In this document: one piece after another, positions 1 through 9,747 of the stretch
Layout of the letters: each line of letters starts with the position of its first letter
Position numbering within the stretch: position 1 is the stretch's first letter
Source: a virus
Lineage: Duplodnaviria; Caudoviricetes
DNA: 62,437 nt
Strand: one strand, 5' to 3'
IMG/VR virus record: IMGVR_UViG_3300021425_000035
Location: 1 to 62,437 of that record
The notes under the pieces: model-generated
Databases searched by the model: none
What the model saw: only the letters and a program-made list of their open reading frames with translations
Told to the model about the DNA's origin: nothing
Made by a program: the position numbers and the translations under genes

Positions 1-1
1 C

Positions 2-847
2 ACCGCCGCCAGCATTTCTTCCTGCTCCGCCAGCAGCACCTCCAGCACCATTGCCACCTGCTGCAGTTGAGTTATTATTAGCACCATTTCCACCAGCACC
101 AGAATAACCGCCAGCGCCACCGCCGCCTCCGCCAAAATTTGAAGTTCCATTATTAGCATTACCACCAGAACCACCAGAACCACCAGTTCCAGTAATAACA
201 GTTCCTCCAGCACCTCCATTACCTGCTTCAGCACCACCACCACTGCCACCACCTGCAGAGCATAAGGTAGTTCCACCACGACTTAATGAACTATTTCCTC
301 CAGCACCTCCATTTGCTCTCCTTCCACCACCATTACCACCAGTGCCTACAGTGACAGTAAGAGATTCTCCAGGAGTTGTGGTGATATTATTGACATATGC
401 CAAAGCACCTCCACCTCCGCCACCACCGAGTTCGTCATCTTGGTCAGATCCGCCGCCACCGCCACCGCCACCGACACAAACTACAGAAATAGAAGTGACA
501 TCATCTGGAACAGTAAAAGTTCCATTTGAAGTAAAGAGTTGCTGACCAGTTGGTAATCCAGACGCAGTTGTAAATTGGGAATCAATACTATCTAAATGAA
601 GTTCTAAATTTGTAGTATCTATAGTACCAAAATTAAGAATTTCATTAATTTCTGTGAGGACAAAAAGATCCCCTGCTGAATCAGTACACATTCTTTGGTT
701 TCCACTCAAAGATGATGTGGTATTTTCGTCAATATCTGTTGCAAATACGATAGATTCTGATGATATATTGAAAGGTCTACTACTGTTATCATCAAACTCA
801 TATGCATATAATACCCCAGTATTGGATAAGCGAGCTACAATTGGCAT
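2..847 (-). CDS. Glycine-rich tail fibre/virion protein, truncated by window edge (not in ORF track)
   Basis: ATG at 847 reads MPIVARLSNTGVLYAYEFDD...GQQLFTSNGTFTVPDDVTSISVVCVGGGGGGGG... and stays open to the window start; 'TFTVP.GVT.I.V..VGGGGGG' is the typical phage Gly-rich domain. Confidence 0.8.
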   Translation of the reverse strand, partial: MPIVARLSNTGVLYAYEFDDNSSRPFNISSESIVFATDIDENTTSSLSGNQRMCTDSAGDLFVLTEINEILNFGTIDTTNLELHLDSIDSQFTTASGLPTGQQLFTSNGTFTVPDDVTSISVVCVGGGGGGGGSDQDDELGGGGGGGALAYVNNITTTPGESLTVTVGTGGNGGGRRANGGAGGNSSLSRGGTTLCSAGGGSGGGAEAGNGGAGGTVITGTGGSGGSGGNANNGTSNFGGGGGGAGGYSGAGGNGANNNSTAAGGNGAGGAAGGAGRNAGGG

Positions 848-852
848 AATAA

Positions 853-2592
853 TTAAGGTGCAAAATAACTAAAATCTAAACTATCAGTAGTTTCATTATA
901 TGTAATTTCAAATCTTTCTGTAGAAGCTGTACTTTCTACTCTGATTGCTGCGGGCGATCCTGTCGTTCCTTTGATAGTAGCGGTATTGACTACTCTGATA
1001 TTATTTATGTCCAGTGTTTCAGATGAAGAATTATACCTTAAACCAGAAGCATCTGTTTTTACTGATATTTCACCAGTATCTGTTGTCGCAAAAAGTGGAA
1101 AACATGTAGTATCTGTAGATTCATCTGCTGCAATGATATTAGGAACAACATCGCCCCAAATAGGAGCAGTCCCTGTACCTTGAGATGTTAGTACTTGACC
1201 CGAAGTTCCATAGTTAGCACCACCAAGACCAATTTCACCACTCTTATTAAATCTAAATCTTTCAGTTCCATTCTCAGTAATTCTGAAGTCAGTTGCGGCA
1301 GCTTCTAATTGCAACTCTAGGTAATCTCCAGTTCCATTGTAATTAAACCAAGCGTCATTAGTAGTTCCAAAATTTAGTTGAACATCATCACGCAATAGTA
1401 CTGACGTAGAGACATCAACAGAAGATACTGATAAAGTTCCATTAGAAGAATTGAATGTTAAATTAGCATTAGTTTTTAATGCTTGTTCTCCTGTAGCGTC
1501 AAGCGAAAATGTAAGAAATGTTGTTGTATCAGTAGTTTCATCTGCTAAATTAATTGAAGAAACATCAGAAGCAAAATAAGTTTTAGCATTTGCTGCTGTA
1601 ATGCTCCTATTAGTTCCATTAGCACCATCATCAATTATGAATAAATCAGCAGCGTTTAATTCTGTGGTTGCAGTACCGCCATCAATATTTAGAGAACTTA
1701 ATGCTACCTTATCTGCATTATCAATTGTTCCAATATAATCGTCATTAATTGCCGCTCCTTCCCAGGCACCAGTTGTAATTGTTCCTACTGATGTAAGTGA
1801 TGAATTAACCACATTACTACCAAGAGTATCTGCACTTAAAACTGAAGTATTGTTAATTTTATATACTTTTGTATCTGCTAAATTTAAATTTTCAGAAGAC
1901 CCTAAATTATCTCCTGTTGCTTCAAACTGGAATGTTTTGTTTCCTTCACCAGATACAATAGTAATACCACCACCATCAGCTGCAGCATCATTTGCAGCAC
2001 CTGTGCCTAATTCAAGGTTTTTATCATCCACTGTCATCGTGGTTGAATTCACAGTTGTGGTCGTTCCGTCGATTTGGAGATTACCAGCAATTACAACTGT
2101 GCCTGTATTCTCTCCAACTGCTGCTGGATCAATTGTTAATATTGCTGGACCACTAATTGTATTATTGGTAATTGTAATTCCACTATCATCAGTTGTAGTA
2201 ACTAAAGATGTAGATGCTCTAAGAGTTCCAGTTACATCCGAACCAGTTGTTGTAGTAGAAAACTTTAAAGCATTATCGTAATAAAGATCTACTGCTCCAT
2301 TCGTGGAAAATACTGCCTTATTTTGATCTCCTAATGCATTTGTAATCGAAACCGTTCCATCACTTGCAAAAACTAATCCACCAGTTCCATTATCTTTAAC
2401 AATACTATTACTTCCATCATGGGAAATCTGTAAATCATTATCGGCACCAAAATTCAATATATCACTATCACCAAGAAATACATTTCCTTGGAATGTAGAA
2501 TTACCAATAGTAGTTAATACGGTATCGTTTTCGGTATAACCTGCAATACCAATGGTTTGTGTTCTTTTGTCTGTAGAATTATACTGTGGCAT
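853..2592 (-). CDS. Tail fibre-like virion protein (579 aa)
   Basis: T/G/N/D-rich; motifs 'FGADNDLQISHDGSNS', 'GAVDLYYDNALKFSTT', 'GNLQIDGTTTTVNSTTMTVDDKN', 'GTSGQVLTSQGTGTAPIW' typical of cyanomyophage fibres. Confidence 0.75.
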   Translation of the reverse strand: MPQYNSTDKRTQTIGIAGYTENDTVLTTIGNSTFQGNVFLGDSDILNFGADNDLQISHDGSNSIVKDNGTGGLVFASDGTVSITNALGDQNKAVFSTNGAVDLYYDNALKFSTTTTGSDVTGTLRASTSLVTTTDDSGITITNNTISGPAILTIDPAAVGENTGTVVIAGNLQIDGTTTTVNSTTMTVDDKNLELGTGAANDAAADGGGITIVSGEGNKTFQFEATGDNLGSSENLNLADTKVYKINNTSVLSADTLGSNVVNSSLTSVGTITTGAWEGAAINDDYIGTIDNADKVALSSLNIDGGTATTELNAADLFIIDDGANGTNRSITAANAKTYFASDVSSINLADETTDTTTFLTFSLDATGEQALKTNANLTFNSSNGTLSVSSVDVSTSVLLRDDVQLNFGTTNDAWFNYNGTGDYLELQLEAAATDFRITENGTERFRFNKSGEIGLGGANYGTSGQVLTSQGTGTAPIWGDVVPNIIAADESTDTTCFPLFATTDTGEISVKTDASGLRYNSSSETLDINNIRVVNTATIKGTTGSPAAIRVESTASTERFEITYNETTDSLDFSYFAP

Positions 2593-2593
2593 T

Positions 2594-2938
2594 TTAGTTT
2601 AGAGTCTCCAAAATTGATACAAGATATTCTAAATTTCCAGGATTTGCTGTTATATCAGTTGATCCTTGAATAACCAAAGAATCACCAGACTGTAAAAATA
2701 ACTTACCACTAATTACGTTAGTGGCATCTTCTCCTGGAATTGGAAAATTTTCTACAATTGCAGTGTCTGTTGCCTCTCTTCTATGCCATACAGAAATTTT
2801 TTCTACTGATGCTCCAATATTTGCAATATTTCCAAGAAGAACTACTCCAGTATATCCTGTTGGTGCAGTATAAACAACTGTTGCTGTAGCTGTAGTAACT
2901 CCAGGAATAGTCCTGTAAATGTTTAATTTTAATGCCAT
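2594..2938 (-). CDS. Small conserved virion-associated protein (114 aa)
   Basis: 'VYTAPTGYTGVVLL...GKLFLQSGDSL...VSILETLN' pattern seen next to fibre genes in cyanophages; tight operon packing. Confidence 0.65.
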   Translation of the reverse strand: MALKLNIYRTIPGVTTATATVVYTAPTGYTGVVLLGNIANIGASVEKISVWHRREATDTAIVENFPIPGEDATNVISGKLFLQSGDSLVIQGSTDITANPGNLEYLVSILETLN

Positions 2939-2942
2939 GGTA

Positions 2943-5900
2943 TTATGCTCCTAATGCAAGAATGAATGGTGTTACTGTTGCAAATAAACTTTGCGAATAT
3001 GATGTTCCCGAAATCCTACCAAGTGCCTGGTTGATTTCAACACCATCCCCAATTTTGAAATTACCAGATTCATTAGTGCTGGTATAAACAACTAGACCAC
3101 CATTTTTACTAATAGTTTCTTTTTCTGGAGTTGGAATACCTCCAGTTTGTGGAAGTGCCGTATTGATATTTACACCAGATCCTATGTATTCGAATGAGTG
3201 TGATGACGCAAGCAATCTACTTTGTCTGAAGAAATATGCTGTATCACTAACTGCCAGATTAATAGGAAGTTCATTTGCAAATGTAACATCGTATACATCA
3301 GGTGTTGCGGTATTGTTAGTTGATTCTACAATAAAATAAGAAGGTATTAATTCTACAGTTGCTGTTGCTTGAGTTCCTGTAGTTGGTGGAGCAATTGTTA
3401 CTGATGGAGGAGTAGATCCATAACCTCTACCAGAAGAAACAACATCAACTGCTGTAACCACTCCAGTATTTGAAACAATTGCAACACCAGATGCATCAAT
3501 ACCCCAAGTTTCTGGAGAAGCACCTATAGTTACTGCTGGTGGATTATCTGGGACGTAACCGCTACCTCCGTTAGTAATATTAATTCTGACTACTTCATAA
3601 TATAAAGTATCAAAATAAACAACTTGACCAGCATAAGGTCTGATAATATCTAAGGTTGCATAACCACTGGCAAGAGAAGTTCCGACATTAACTGAAAACG
3701 TGTCCGCATCAATAGTTGTTACTACTAAACTAACTCCAGCTGCAGGATCTCCAGCTCTTGGATATGAGAATGTATCTGTGTAATTATCAGAACTACACTT
3801 AAAATTTAAAGATTCTGTTGCTAACAAAACCTGATCATTAGTTTGCAAACCATGTCCAGTGATTGTAAATACCGCTACTCCAGTAGCACCATCATAAGTT
3901 ACAAGTGTTGGGGTGTATGTAGTTCCTACTACAGGAGATGAATCTGCACTAACCGTAACTTCAACAGAATTTGGATTTGAAGATTGGAAAATATGATTTG
4001 CTGGTAGATACGTATGTGTTAGATTATTTGTTCCTACTGTACAAGTAAACTGATTTGCTGATGGAACATCAGTAATTTTGAAAGTATAACCATAATTTCC
4101 AGATGGGAACAATTGTGTAATTGGACCATATCCACCAACGTTAACTGTAATAGTGTTTGCAGTAACAGCATCAACAGTGATGTCTATTCCTGCATATGGA
4201 TCAGTTGCTGCAGGACGTGTTTCTTGAGTTTGATTGTTATCTTGATCGCAAGTAAATGTAAATGAATTGGTTGCTAATTGAATTGTGTCACCAGCAGATA
4301 ATCCATGATTGGCAATCGTTATAATGAAGACACCTGTAGTCGAATCATAATCTGCTGCAGTAACAGGTCCAATTACAGTAGAGCCACCACCAGTTGTATT
4401 TGTAACAGCATTTTCAGTAGCACTGATAAATGTATGATTACCAGAATTACATGACATCAAAACATTTTCAAGTTTTACATCATTACCAACGGCAAACGGA
4501 TGTGCCCCTGCTGTTGTGATAGTAGCTGTTCCAGCAGTGTTGTTATACTGAACATCCACAATAATTTGTCTAGTTGTGGAAATGTTAATTCTAACTGTAG
4601 TATCTGCTGCACTTGCTGCTTGTGCAACTGATCCAGTATACTTAAGAGGACTTACACCATCCGCAATCAATCCATTTAATCCAAATGAAGAGTTGGAGTT
4701 TGTGAGATCGCAACCACCACCATCTTCACAAAGAATTGCAGTATCGGTACAGATAGTAAACATAGACACCAATTGTGCATATGCCTCATTACTAATCGTT
4801 GCTCCAAATCCGTCAGGATTGAATTGGGTAAATGAATCAACAACCATAGATTTGATATTGCCGATACAATCATTACCATTAATTTTTAGACCAGTACTAC
4901 TTGGAATAAAATTAGTGCAGTTTTGAATATATGGCGATTGATCGATATATGGAGGATCATTAGGATTGAATGCTACAATAGCACCAGTATTCGATGATCC
5001 GACAAACGACATATCGGAAATGTAGCATCCATTATTTACATAAAACAAATCACCAGTATTTGCTGGAGTTACTGAAACTTCTCTCAAAGAACTTCCAACA
5101 ATAGAAGTCTGTTTTGGCATTATAATTGGGTTGTTCTCGGAATAAACACCAGCATATACTCTAACAACAGTTCCTGCTGAAGCATTTTCTACTGCATTTT
5201 TAATTGTTAATTTTGAAGTTCCTAGAGTTAATCCATCATTAGCATCATTGCCATCTTTACTAACATAAAGAATATTTGTCTCTGGAGCTGAAGGTGCATA
5301 TCCCCATGCAACTGTTTGAACACCACCAACGTCTTTGCTTATTAGAGCATAATCTGTGGTGCCAGCACTTCCTGTATTGTCTAAAAGGCTTCCATTAAAT
5401 CTTATACTTCCTGTAGTATCAATTGTATGATCTGCGGATATAGTTCTATCTAAAGTTGTATGAACATATTGAAGATGATCATCATCAGCAAGACCTGATA
5501 AGATTCCGTGATCAGTAATAACTGCTTCTCTACCACCTACCAGATTAATAAAATTTGTAAGTCTTTTATCGTCAAATTCTATAAGTCGTGCTTTTCTTGT
5601 GTTAGTATAACTATCACTTACCTGATAAATTAATTTATATAATAATCTCATATCAGAAGTTGGTGTCTGATCTGGATCTGGGAAATTTCCAAAATTATAT
5701 GTTGCCCAAGATACTCCTTTTGCTTCTGTTAGAGTTGCATACTCATCCTGACCCATGAAAGAAACAATAGGAATATTTGGATCTGATGTTGCAACAATAT
5801 ACATAACACCGTAATAATTATTAGTTATTTCGGTTGTTGACCAAACTCCATCAAGCGTTGATGAATTATAAACCATCCTTCCATTAGTGACATTTTTGAA

Positions 5901-6734
5901 AGGAAATGTAGTTGCGGTGTCAATAACCCAAGGACCCTCTGTTGGTGGTGTCGTCCCTGTATCTTTACCAGATCTGTAAATTACAGGAATAACTCCTGGA
6001 TTACTTGTGTTTCCAATATTTTGTTCAAAATTATTTGTTGGAGTTGAAGATGCTACGATAGTTACTTCAAGATCTTCGTTAAAAAATGTTCCTCCAGCCA
6101 TACCAATTTGAGCATGACTATCTAAAGAACCATCTTGATTTTCGGAATAATAAAGTAGATTAAAACCTTCATATACTGCTGCACCTCTTGTTTTTTGTAA
6201 ATACTCATGTGTTTGCCAATCCAGCGTAATACCGTGGCGAGTGTCATATACAAAAGGAGCAGCACCAGCAGCACCAGTTAGAGCGTTCCAAAATAATATC
6301 GCAACAGGGGTTTCATCTTTCCACGAAAACTCCGCCGTTGCTGAAGCTTTATTCTGAAGAACTCCATTTTGATCAAAATAGACATAATAAAGTCCTGTAG
6401 TATTTGGAATTTCAGTAGTTTGTGCTGAAGTAAATGCAAACCTAATTCCCTTACACCAGACATCAAATCTTGTCGTTACTGGTGCAATAGTAAATACTCT
6501 ATTCGTGTTATTAAAAGATATGGTGCTTTGAGTTCTATCTTGATGCCCGTTGGGTTCTCCAGTTTCTTGAAATGCCGTAACATCTACAATACGCTCTGTG
6601 CCGCTCTGGTCTCTTTTCAAAAAGAGTTTACCATCATGCGTATTAATAGCTACTTCGCCCAGATCTATCTGAGTAGTAGTGGGGGCGTTTCCAGATGTTG
6701 CTGAACGCCTAAGACGAATCTTTGGTGCTGCCAT
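2943..6734 (-). CDS. Tail fibre/spike-like protein with Mtd_N-like N-terminus and beta-helix region (1263 aa)
   Basis: N-term 'IRLRRSATSGNAPTTTQIDLGEVAINTHDGKLF'; 'YVSKDGNDANDG...TIKNA...GVYSENNPI' beta-helix entry; internal 'YD..TG...ITI..HGL..GD...L...S..F.C' repeats; C-term 'SHSFEYIGSG'. Confidence 0.75.
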   Translation of the reverse strand: MAAPKIRLRRSATSGNAPTTTQIDLGEVAINTHDGKLFLKRDQSGTERIVDVTAFQETGEPNGHQDRTQSTISFNNTNRVFTIAPVTTRFDVWCKGIRFAFTSAQTTEIPNTTGLYYVYFDQNGVLQNKASATAEFSWKDETPVAILFWNALTGAAGAAPFVYDTRHGITLDWQTHEYLQKTRGAAVYEGFNLLYYSENQDGSLDSHAQIGMAGGTFFNEDLEVTIVASSTPTNNFEQNIGNTSNPGVIPVIYRSGKDTGTTPPTEGPWVIDTATTFPFKNVTNGRMVYNSSTLDGVWSTTEITNNYYGVMYIVATSDPNIPIVSFMGQDEYATLTEAKGVSWATYNFGNFPDPDQTPTSDMRLLYKLIYQVSDSYTNTRKARLIEFDDKRLTNFINLVGGREAVITDHGILSGLADDDHLQYVHTTLDRTISADHTIDTTGSIRFNGSLLDNTGSAGTTDYALISKDVGGVQTVAWGYAPSAPETNILYVSKDGNDANDGLTLGTSKLTIKNAVENASAGTVVRVYAGVYSENNPIIMPKQTSIVGSSLREVSVTPANTGDLFYVNNGCYISDMSFVGSSNTGAIVAFNPNDPPYIDQSPYIQNCTNFIPSSTGLKINGNDCIGNIKSMVVDSFTQFNPDGFGATISNEAYAQLVSMFTICTDTAILCEDGGGCDLTNSNSSFGLNGLIADGVSPLKYTGSVAQAASAADTTVRINISTTRQIIVDVQYNNTAGTATITTAGAHPFAVGNDVKLENVLMSCNSGNHTFISATENAVTNTTGGGSTVIGPVTAADYDSTTGVFIITIANHGLSAGDTIQLATNSFTFTCDQDNNQTQETRPAATDPYAGIDITVDAVTANTITVNVGGYGPITQLFPSGNYGYTFKITDVPSANQFTCTVGTNNLTHTYLPANHIFQSSNPNSVEVTVSADSSPVVGTTYTPTLVTYDGATGVAVFTITGHGLQTNDQVLLATESLNFKCSSDNYTDTFSYPRAGDPAAGVSLVVTTIDADTFSVNVGTSLASGYATLDIIRPYAGQVVYFDTLYYEVVRINITNGGSGYVPDNPPAVTIGASPETWGIDASGVAIVSNTGVVTAVDVVSSGRGYGSTPPSVTIAPPTTGTQATATVELIPSYFIVESTNNTATPDVYDVTFANELPINLAVSDTAYFFRQSRLLASSHSFEYIGSGVNINTALPQTGGIPTPEKETISKNGGLVVYTSTNESGNFKIGDGVEINQALGRISGTSYSQSLFATVTPFILALGA

Positions 6735-6753
6735 TTATAGATACCTATCTAGG

Positions 6754-6975
6754 TTAAAATGATTCACTATCACTATCTGTATTTACAGATTTTTTGCGTG
6801 ATGGAGACTTTGGTTGATTTTCCAATTCGGAAACTCTTTTAAGAGTTTCTGCGAGAGTATTATCTAATACTCTCATTTGTGCTTTTAATGCCAAAATTTG
6901 ATTGAGATTATTGAAAAGTTCTTCTTTCATAACCTCAACCAAAGTTCCATAATCTACTTGTATTTCGTTTTTCAT
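6754..6975 (-). CDS. Small coiled-coil hypothetical protein (73 aa)
   Basis: ORF with heptad pattern, downstream of late-promoter variant GATAAATA (6997-7004). Confidence 0.65.
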   Translation of the reverse strand: MKNEIQVDYGTLVEVMKEELFNNLNQILALKAQMRVLDNTLAETLKRVSELENQPKSPSRKKSVNTDSDSESF

Positions 6976-7002
6976 AACAAAATAATTATCTTAATCTATT
7001 TA

Positions 7003-8802
7003 TCAGAATGATCCACCATCTATTACTACGTTATATAAATGTCTGCCTGCGGTGGCATCGGTTACACTAAATTCAGTGTTTGCTCCAGCAGCAGTTAAGT
7101 GACCGATGACAACATCATCAATAAGAGTACCTTCTGTATTAAAATTATCTCCTTCTACACGTCTTGAAGTAGAATCTGAGATTCTCAATGCGCCAACTTG
7201 AATTGGTACGAAATCAAGAGGAGTTGGAGTAGTAATGTCAGCACCAACAAATGCTGCTTGGAATGCTATGTTGGTGCTACTTCCAGTTGTTGCACTTGAA
7301 GTAAATGCAATTATAAATGGAAATGGATTATTAGTAGCTACACCTCCTTCATCAAAACCAACAAAGATATTTTCTTGACTAGTACCTCTTTGAAGCAAGA
7401 ATCCAATATCATTTAAATTATTCGCAGTACTACCAACACCATCATTAAGAGTAATTAATGTGTCAGTAATGCTGGTATTTGTCGTTTGAATGTTAGTTAT
7501 TGTTTGCTGACCAGTAACAGTTAAGTTACCGTTGATAGTAACTGTAGTTTGATTTGTTTCTGCTGCAGAACCAATATTAACAGCAGTTGTGCTGCCAGTA
7601 TCACCATTAGTAGCAATATTAACTGTTTTAGTATTTCCTGATAGAGTTGCACCAGTTGCAATATTTACTGTGGTTGCATCAGTGCCGTCATTACCAAGAT
7701 TCAGTGTTGCTGAAAGACCCGCAATATCTACAGTGCCAGTTGAAGTGTCAAAGAGTCCAACAGTATTAGTAGGAGTACCTGGGTCAGCAACAATATTTCC
7801 TCCTACAACTGAGAGATCACCACCAATTGTTGCGTTTAACGCAACACCAAGACCACCATCCATCTGGACAGCACCAGTTGCTACACTACCAAGTGTATTG
7901 TCATCTGTTCCTAGGAATACAGTTGCTCCAGATGTTGCAGAACCAATATTGATATTTGTTGTGCTATTGACAGCAGCACCAGTACCAACATTTACTGTTT
8001 TTGTATTAAGTGCTGCAGTAGGTTCTGTTGCAAAATTAGTAGTAACACTTCCAGTATCAGTAGAACCAGTGCCTGAAAAATAACCAGTGGATGCTACATA
8101 CTCACCAGTAATTTGAAGACTGGAAATAGTTCCACCACCACTTCCATCTTTGTCTGGATAAAGAACTACATTTTCCTCTGTATAAAAAATCTCAAGTGCT
8201 GGAGAACCAGTTTGATTATTATCAGCAACAAATGTTAAAAAATAATCATTAGCAGCTCCAGTATCATCAGGTACTTGTTGAGTTTCTAGTTGTATTGATG
8301 CACCTACAGGTACAAATGACAGTTGACTTGAAGTACTATTATATTCTAAGACATACTGATTATTTGCGGATCCAGTCGCTGCATCTGTTGGCCAAATTAA
8401 TTCATAACTATTATTCAAAGAATTCTGATTTGGTGCTTTAAGCGTTATTGTATTAGTTCCAGTACCACCTTCTTCCCAAATTACTTTACCACCTTGGCTG
8501 TCAATCGAGTTAGTCGGGTCTTTATCTACTAAGAAACTATCAACTCTGGCAGTATAAGAAGATCCACCGATGTGAACAAAACTAGATCCACTATCTGCGA
8601 TATAGAAGTCTCCAGTACCTGTACCTGCCTCGGTATCATTAGTTACAGGACTTAATCCAACATATGTGGGATTGGTATTTGTAAACAGAGGTTCGCCAAC
8701 TAGAGCTTCCGTAGCAGAACCACTTGCAAAAACCTCTCCAATATCAGTTAAAGTTACTGGATTATTCGTACCTCTACGTAATCTTAAGCGGGGTGCTGCC
8801 AT
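7003..8802 (-). CDS. Tail fibre-like virion protein (599 aa)
   Basis: 'MAAPRLRLRRG' start, repeated 'TKTVN(I/V)(G/A)T' beta repeats, C-term 'IDGGSF'; SD AAGGAG and late promoter upstream. Confidence 0.7.
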   Translation of the reverse strand: MAAPRLRLRRGTNNPVTLTDIGEVFASGSATEALVGEPLFTNTNPTYVGLSPVTNDTEAGTGTGDFYIADSGSSFVHIGGSSYTARVDSFLVDKDPTNSIDSQGGKVIWEEGGTGTNTITLKAPNQNSLNNSYELIWPTDAATGSANNQYVLEYNSTSSQLSFVPVGASIQLETQQVPDDTGAANDYFLTFVADNNQTGSPALEIFYTEENVVLYPDKDGSGGGTISSLQITGEYVASTGYFSGTGSTDTGSVTTNFATEPTAALNTKTVNVGTGAAVNSTTNINIGSATSGATVFLGTDDNTLGSVATGAVQMDGGLGVALNATIGGDLSVVGGNIVADPGTPTNTVGLFDTSTGTVDIAGLSATLNLGNDGTDATTVNIATGATLSGNTKTVNIATNGDTGSTTAVNIGSAAETNQTTVTINGNLTVTGQQTITNIQTTNTSITDTLITLNDGVGSTANNLNDIGFLLQRGTSQENIFVGFDEGGVATNNPFPFIIAFTSSATTGSSTNIAFQAAFVGADITTPTPLDFVPIQVGALRISDSTSRRVEGDNFNTEGTLIDDVVIGHLTAAGANTEFSVTDATAGRHLYNVVIDGGSF

Positions 8803-8827
8803 TTGCCTTTGTACTCCTTGACTAATT

Positions 8828-8835
8828 TATTTATA
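8828..8835 (-). promoter_or_regulatory. T4-type late promoter TATAAATA
   Basis: Exact consensus on minus strand, 25 nt upstream of ATG 8802. Confidence 0.8.
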
Positions 8836-8837
8836 AT

Positions 8838-9131
8838 TTAGAATGAGCCATAATCAATATAATCATCAGCAGGTGCAACTGGCTGACCTAAAGAGCTATC
8901 TGCTCTATCAACAACAACAAATGGCGGTACATATTCATGTTTACCTAATGTTTCATTCCATATCAAAACATATCCTTCTTGTCTATTAGAACTATCAATA
9001 TCATCGAGATCTGCGACAGTTCCTGTTATATCAATTTGCTGTAAGTCAACATCTACTAATCTTTGAGAAGTTGCTCTCGGCAAACCAACTTGAATATTGG
9101 AAGAATTGTGTAACGTTACTTGATATTTCAT
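8838..9131 (-). CDS. Hypothetical virion-associated protein (97 aa)
   Basis: 'DLDDIDSSNRQEGYVLIWN' motif and C-term 'IDYGSF'; 4-bp overlap with upstream gene. Confidence 0.65.
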   Translation of the reverse strand: MKYQVTLHNSSNIQVGLPRATSQRLVDVDLQQIDITGTVADLDDIDSSNRQEGYVLIWNETLGKHEYVPPFVVVDRADSSLGQPVAPADDYIDYGSF

Positions 9132-9478
9132 AGAACTGATGGTTTTACTGTTATTATACCTTCTATAACTTTTTCTGTTTTCCCTGAACCATTCTCTATA
9201 AAAACAGTATATACATATCGTCCAGGTTTAATATCTTGCGTTTTTGTTACTAAAACACCTCCAGAATTTGGCATTTGTAGTTTTATTAAACCTTCTAATG
9301 GTGTAACAATTTGTGGATTTAAACTATATTTAACTGTGGAAGTATAATTTTTTGCCATCTTAGCAGTAACTGTAATCCCAGTAAGATTCAAAAAATTTCC
9401 AAAAGCATCCCTTAGATTAAAAGAAACCTCCCAATCTTCTCCATTTTCTATAATTAAATTAATTGGTACTGCAGACAT
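9128..9478 (-). CDS. Small fibre adaptor/BppU-like Ig-fold protein (116 aa)
   Basis: 'INLIIENGEDW...LNLTG.TVTAKMAK...GRYVYTV...KVIEGIITV.PSV' pattern common in cyanomyophages. Confidence 0.6.
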   Translation of the reverse strand: MSAVPINLIIENGEDWEVSFNLRDAFGNFLNLTGITVTAKMAKNYTSTVKYSLNPQIVTPLEGLIKLQMPNSGGVLVTKTQDIKPGRYVYTVFIENGSGKTEKVIEGIITVKPSVL

Positions 9479-9489
9479 GCAAAAAGAAA

Positions 9490-9519
9490 ACCTCTTCTTA
9501 TATATTTATAAGAAGAGGT
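9490..9519. terminator. Perfect 13-bp inverted repeat (probable terminator) containing late promoter TATAAATA (9503-9510, minus)
   Basis: ACCTCTTCTTATA-TATT-TATAAGAAGAGGT, flanked by an A-rich tract on the left and a T tract on the right. Confidence 0.7.
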
Positions 9520-9524
9520 CTTTT

Positions 9525-9713
9525 TTATTCTGAAAGAATTGCTTCTTGAGAATTTTCTTCCTGATCTTCTAGCAATGATAAAGTTTCTAATCCACCTAAA
9601 AGTTTAGTTTTATATTCTTTTGCTTTGAGCAAATTTTCCTCTAGTTCTTTAATTTGTTTTTCAACTGAATCAAGTTGTTCAGTAAAATTTGTTTTTAATG
9701 ATGATGTATCCAT
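9525..9713 (-). CDS. Small coiled-coil protein (62 aa)
   Basis: 'KELEENLLKAKEYKTKLLGGLETL' heptads; late promoter at 9740-9747. Confidence 0.7.
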   Translation of the reverse strand: MDTSSLKTNFTEQLDSVEKQIKELEENLLKAKEYKTKLLGGLETLSLLEDQEENSQEAILSE

Positions 9714-9739
9714 ATTTAAATTAATAATAAAACTATAAG

Positions 9740-9747
9740 TATTTATA
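9740..9747 (-). promoter_or_regulatory. T4-type late promoter TATAAATA
   Basis: Exact consensus overlapping the stop of the 4040-aa gene. Confidence 0.75.

Noticed and set aside
342-545. Proline-rich plus-strand ORF
   Set aside because: Antisense shadow of the poly-Gly codons in the minus-strand gene
2943-6734. Diversity-generating retroelement suggested by the Mtd_N-like domain
   Set aside because: No reverse transcriptase or TR/VR pair seen in this window
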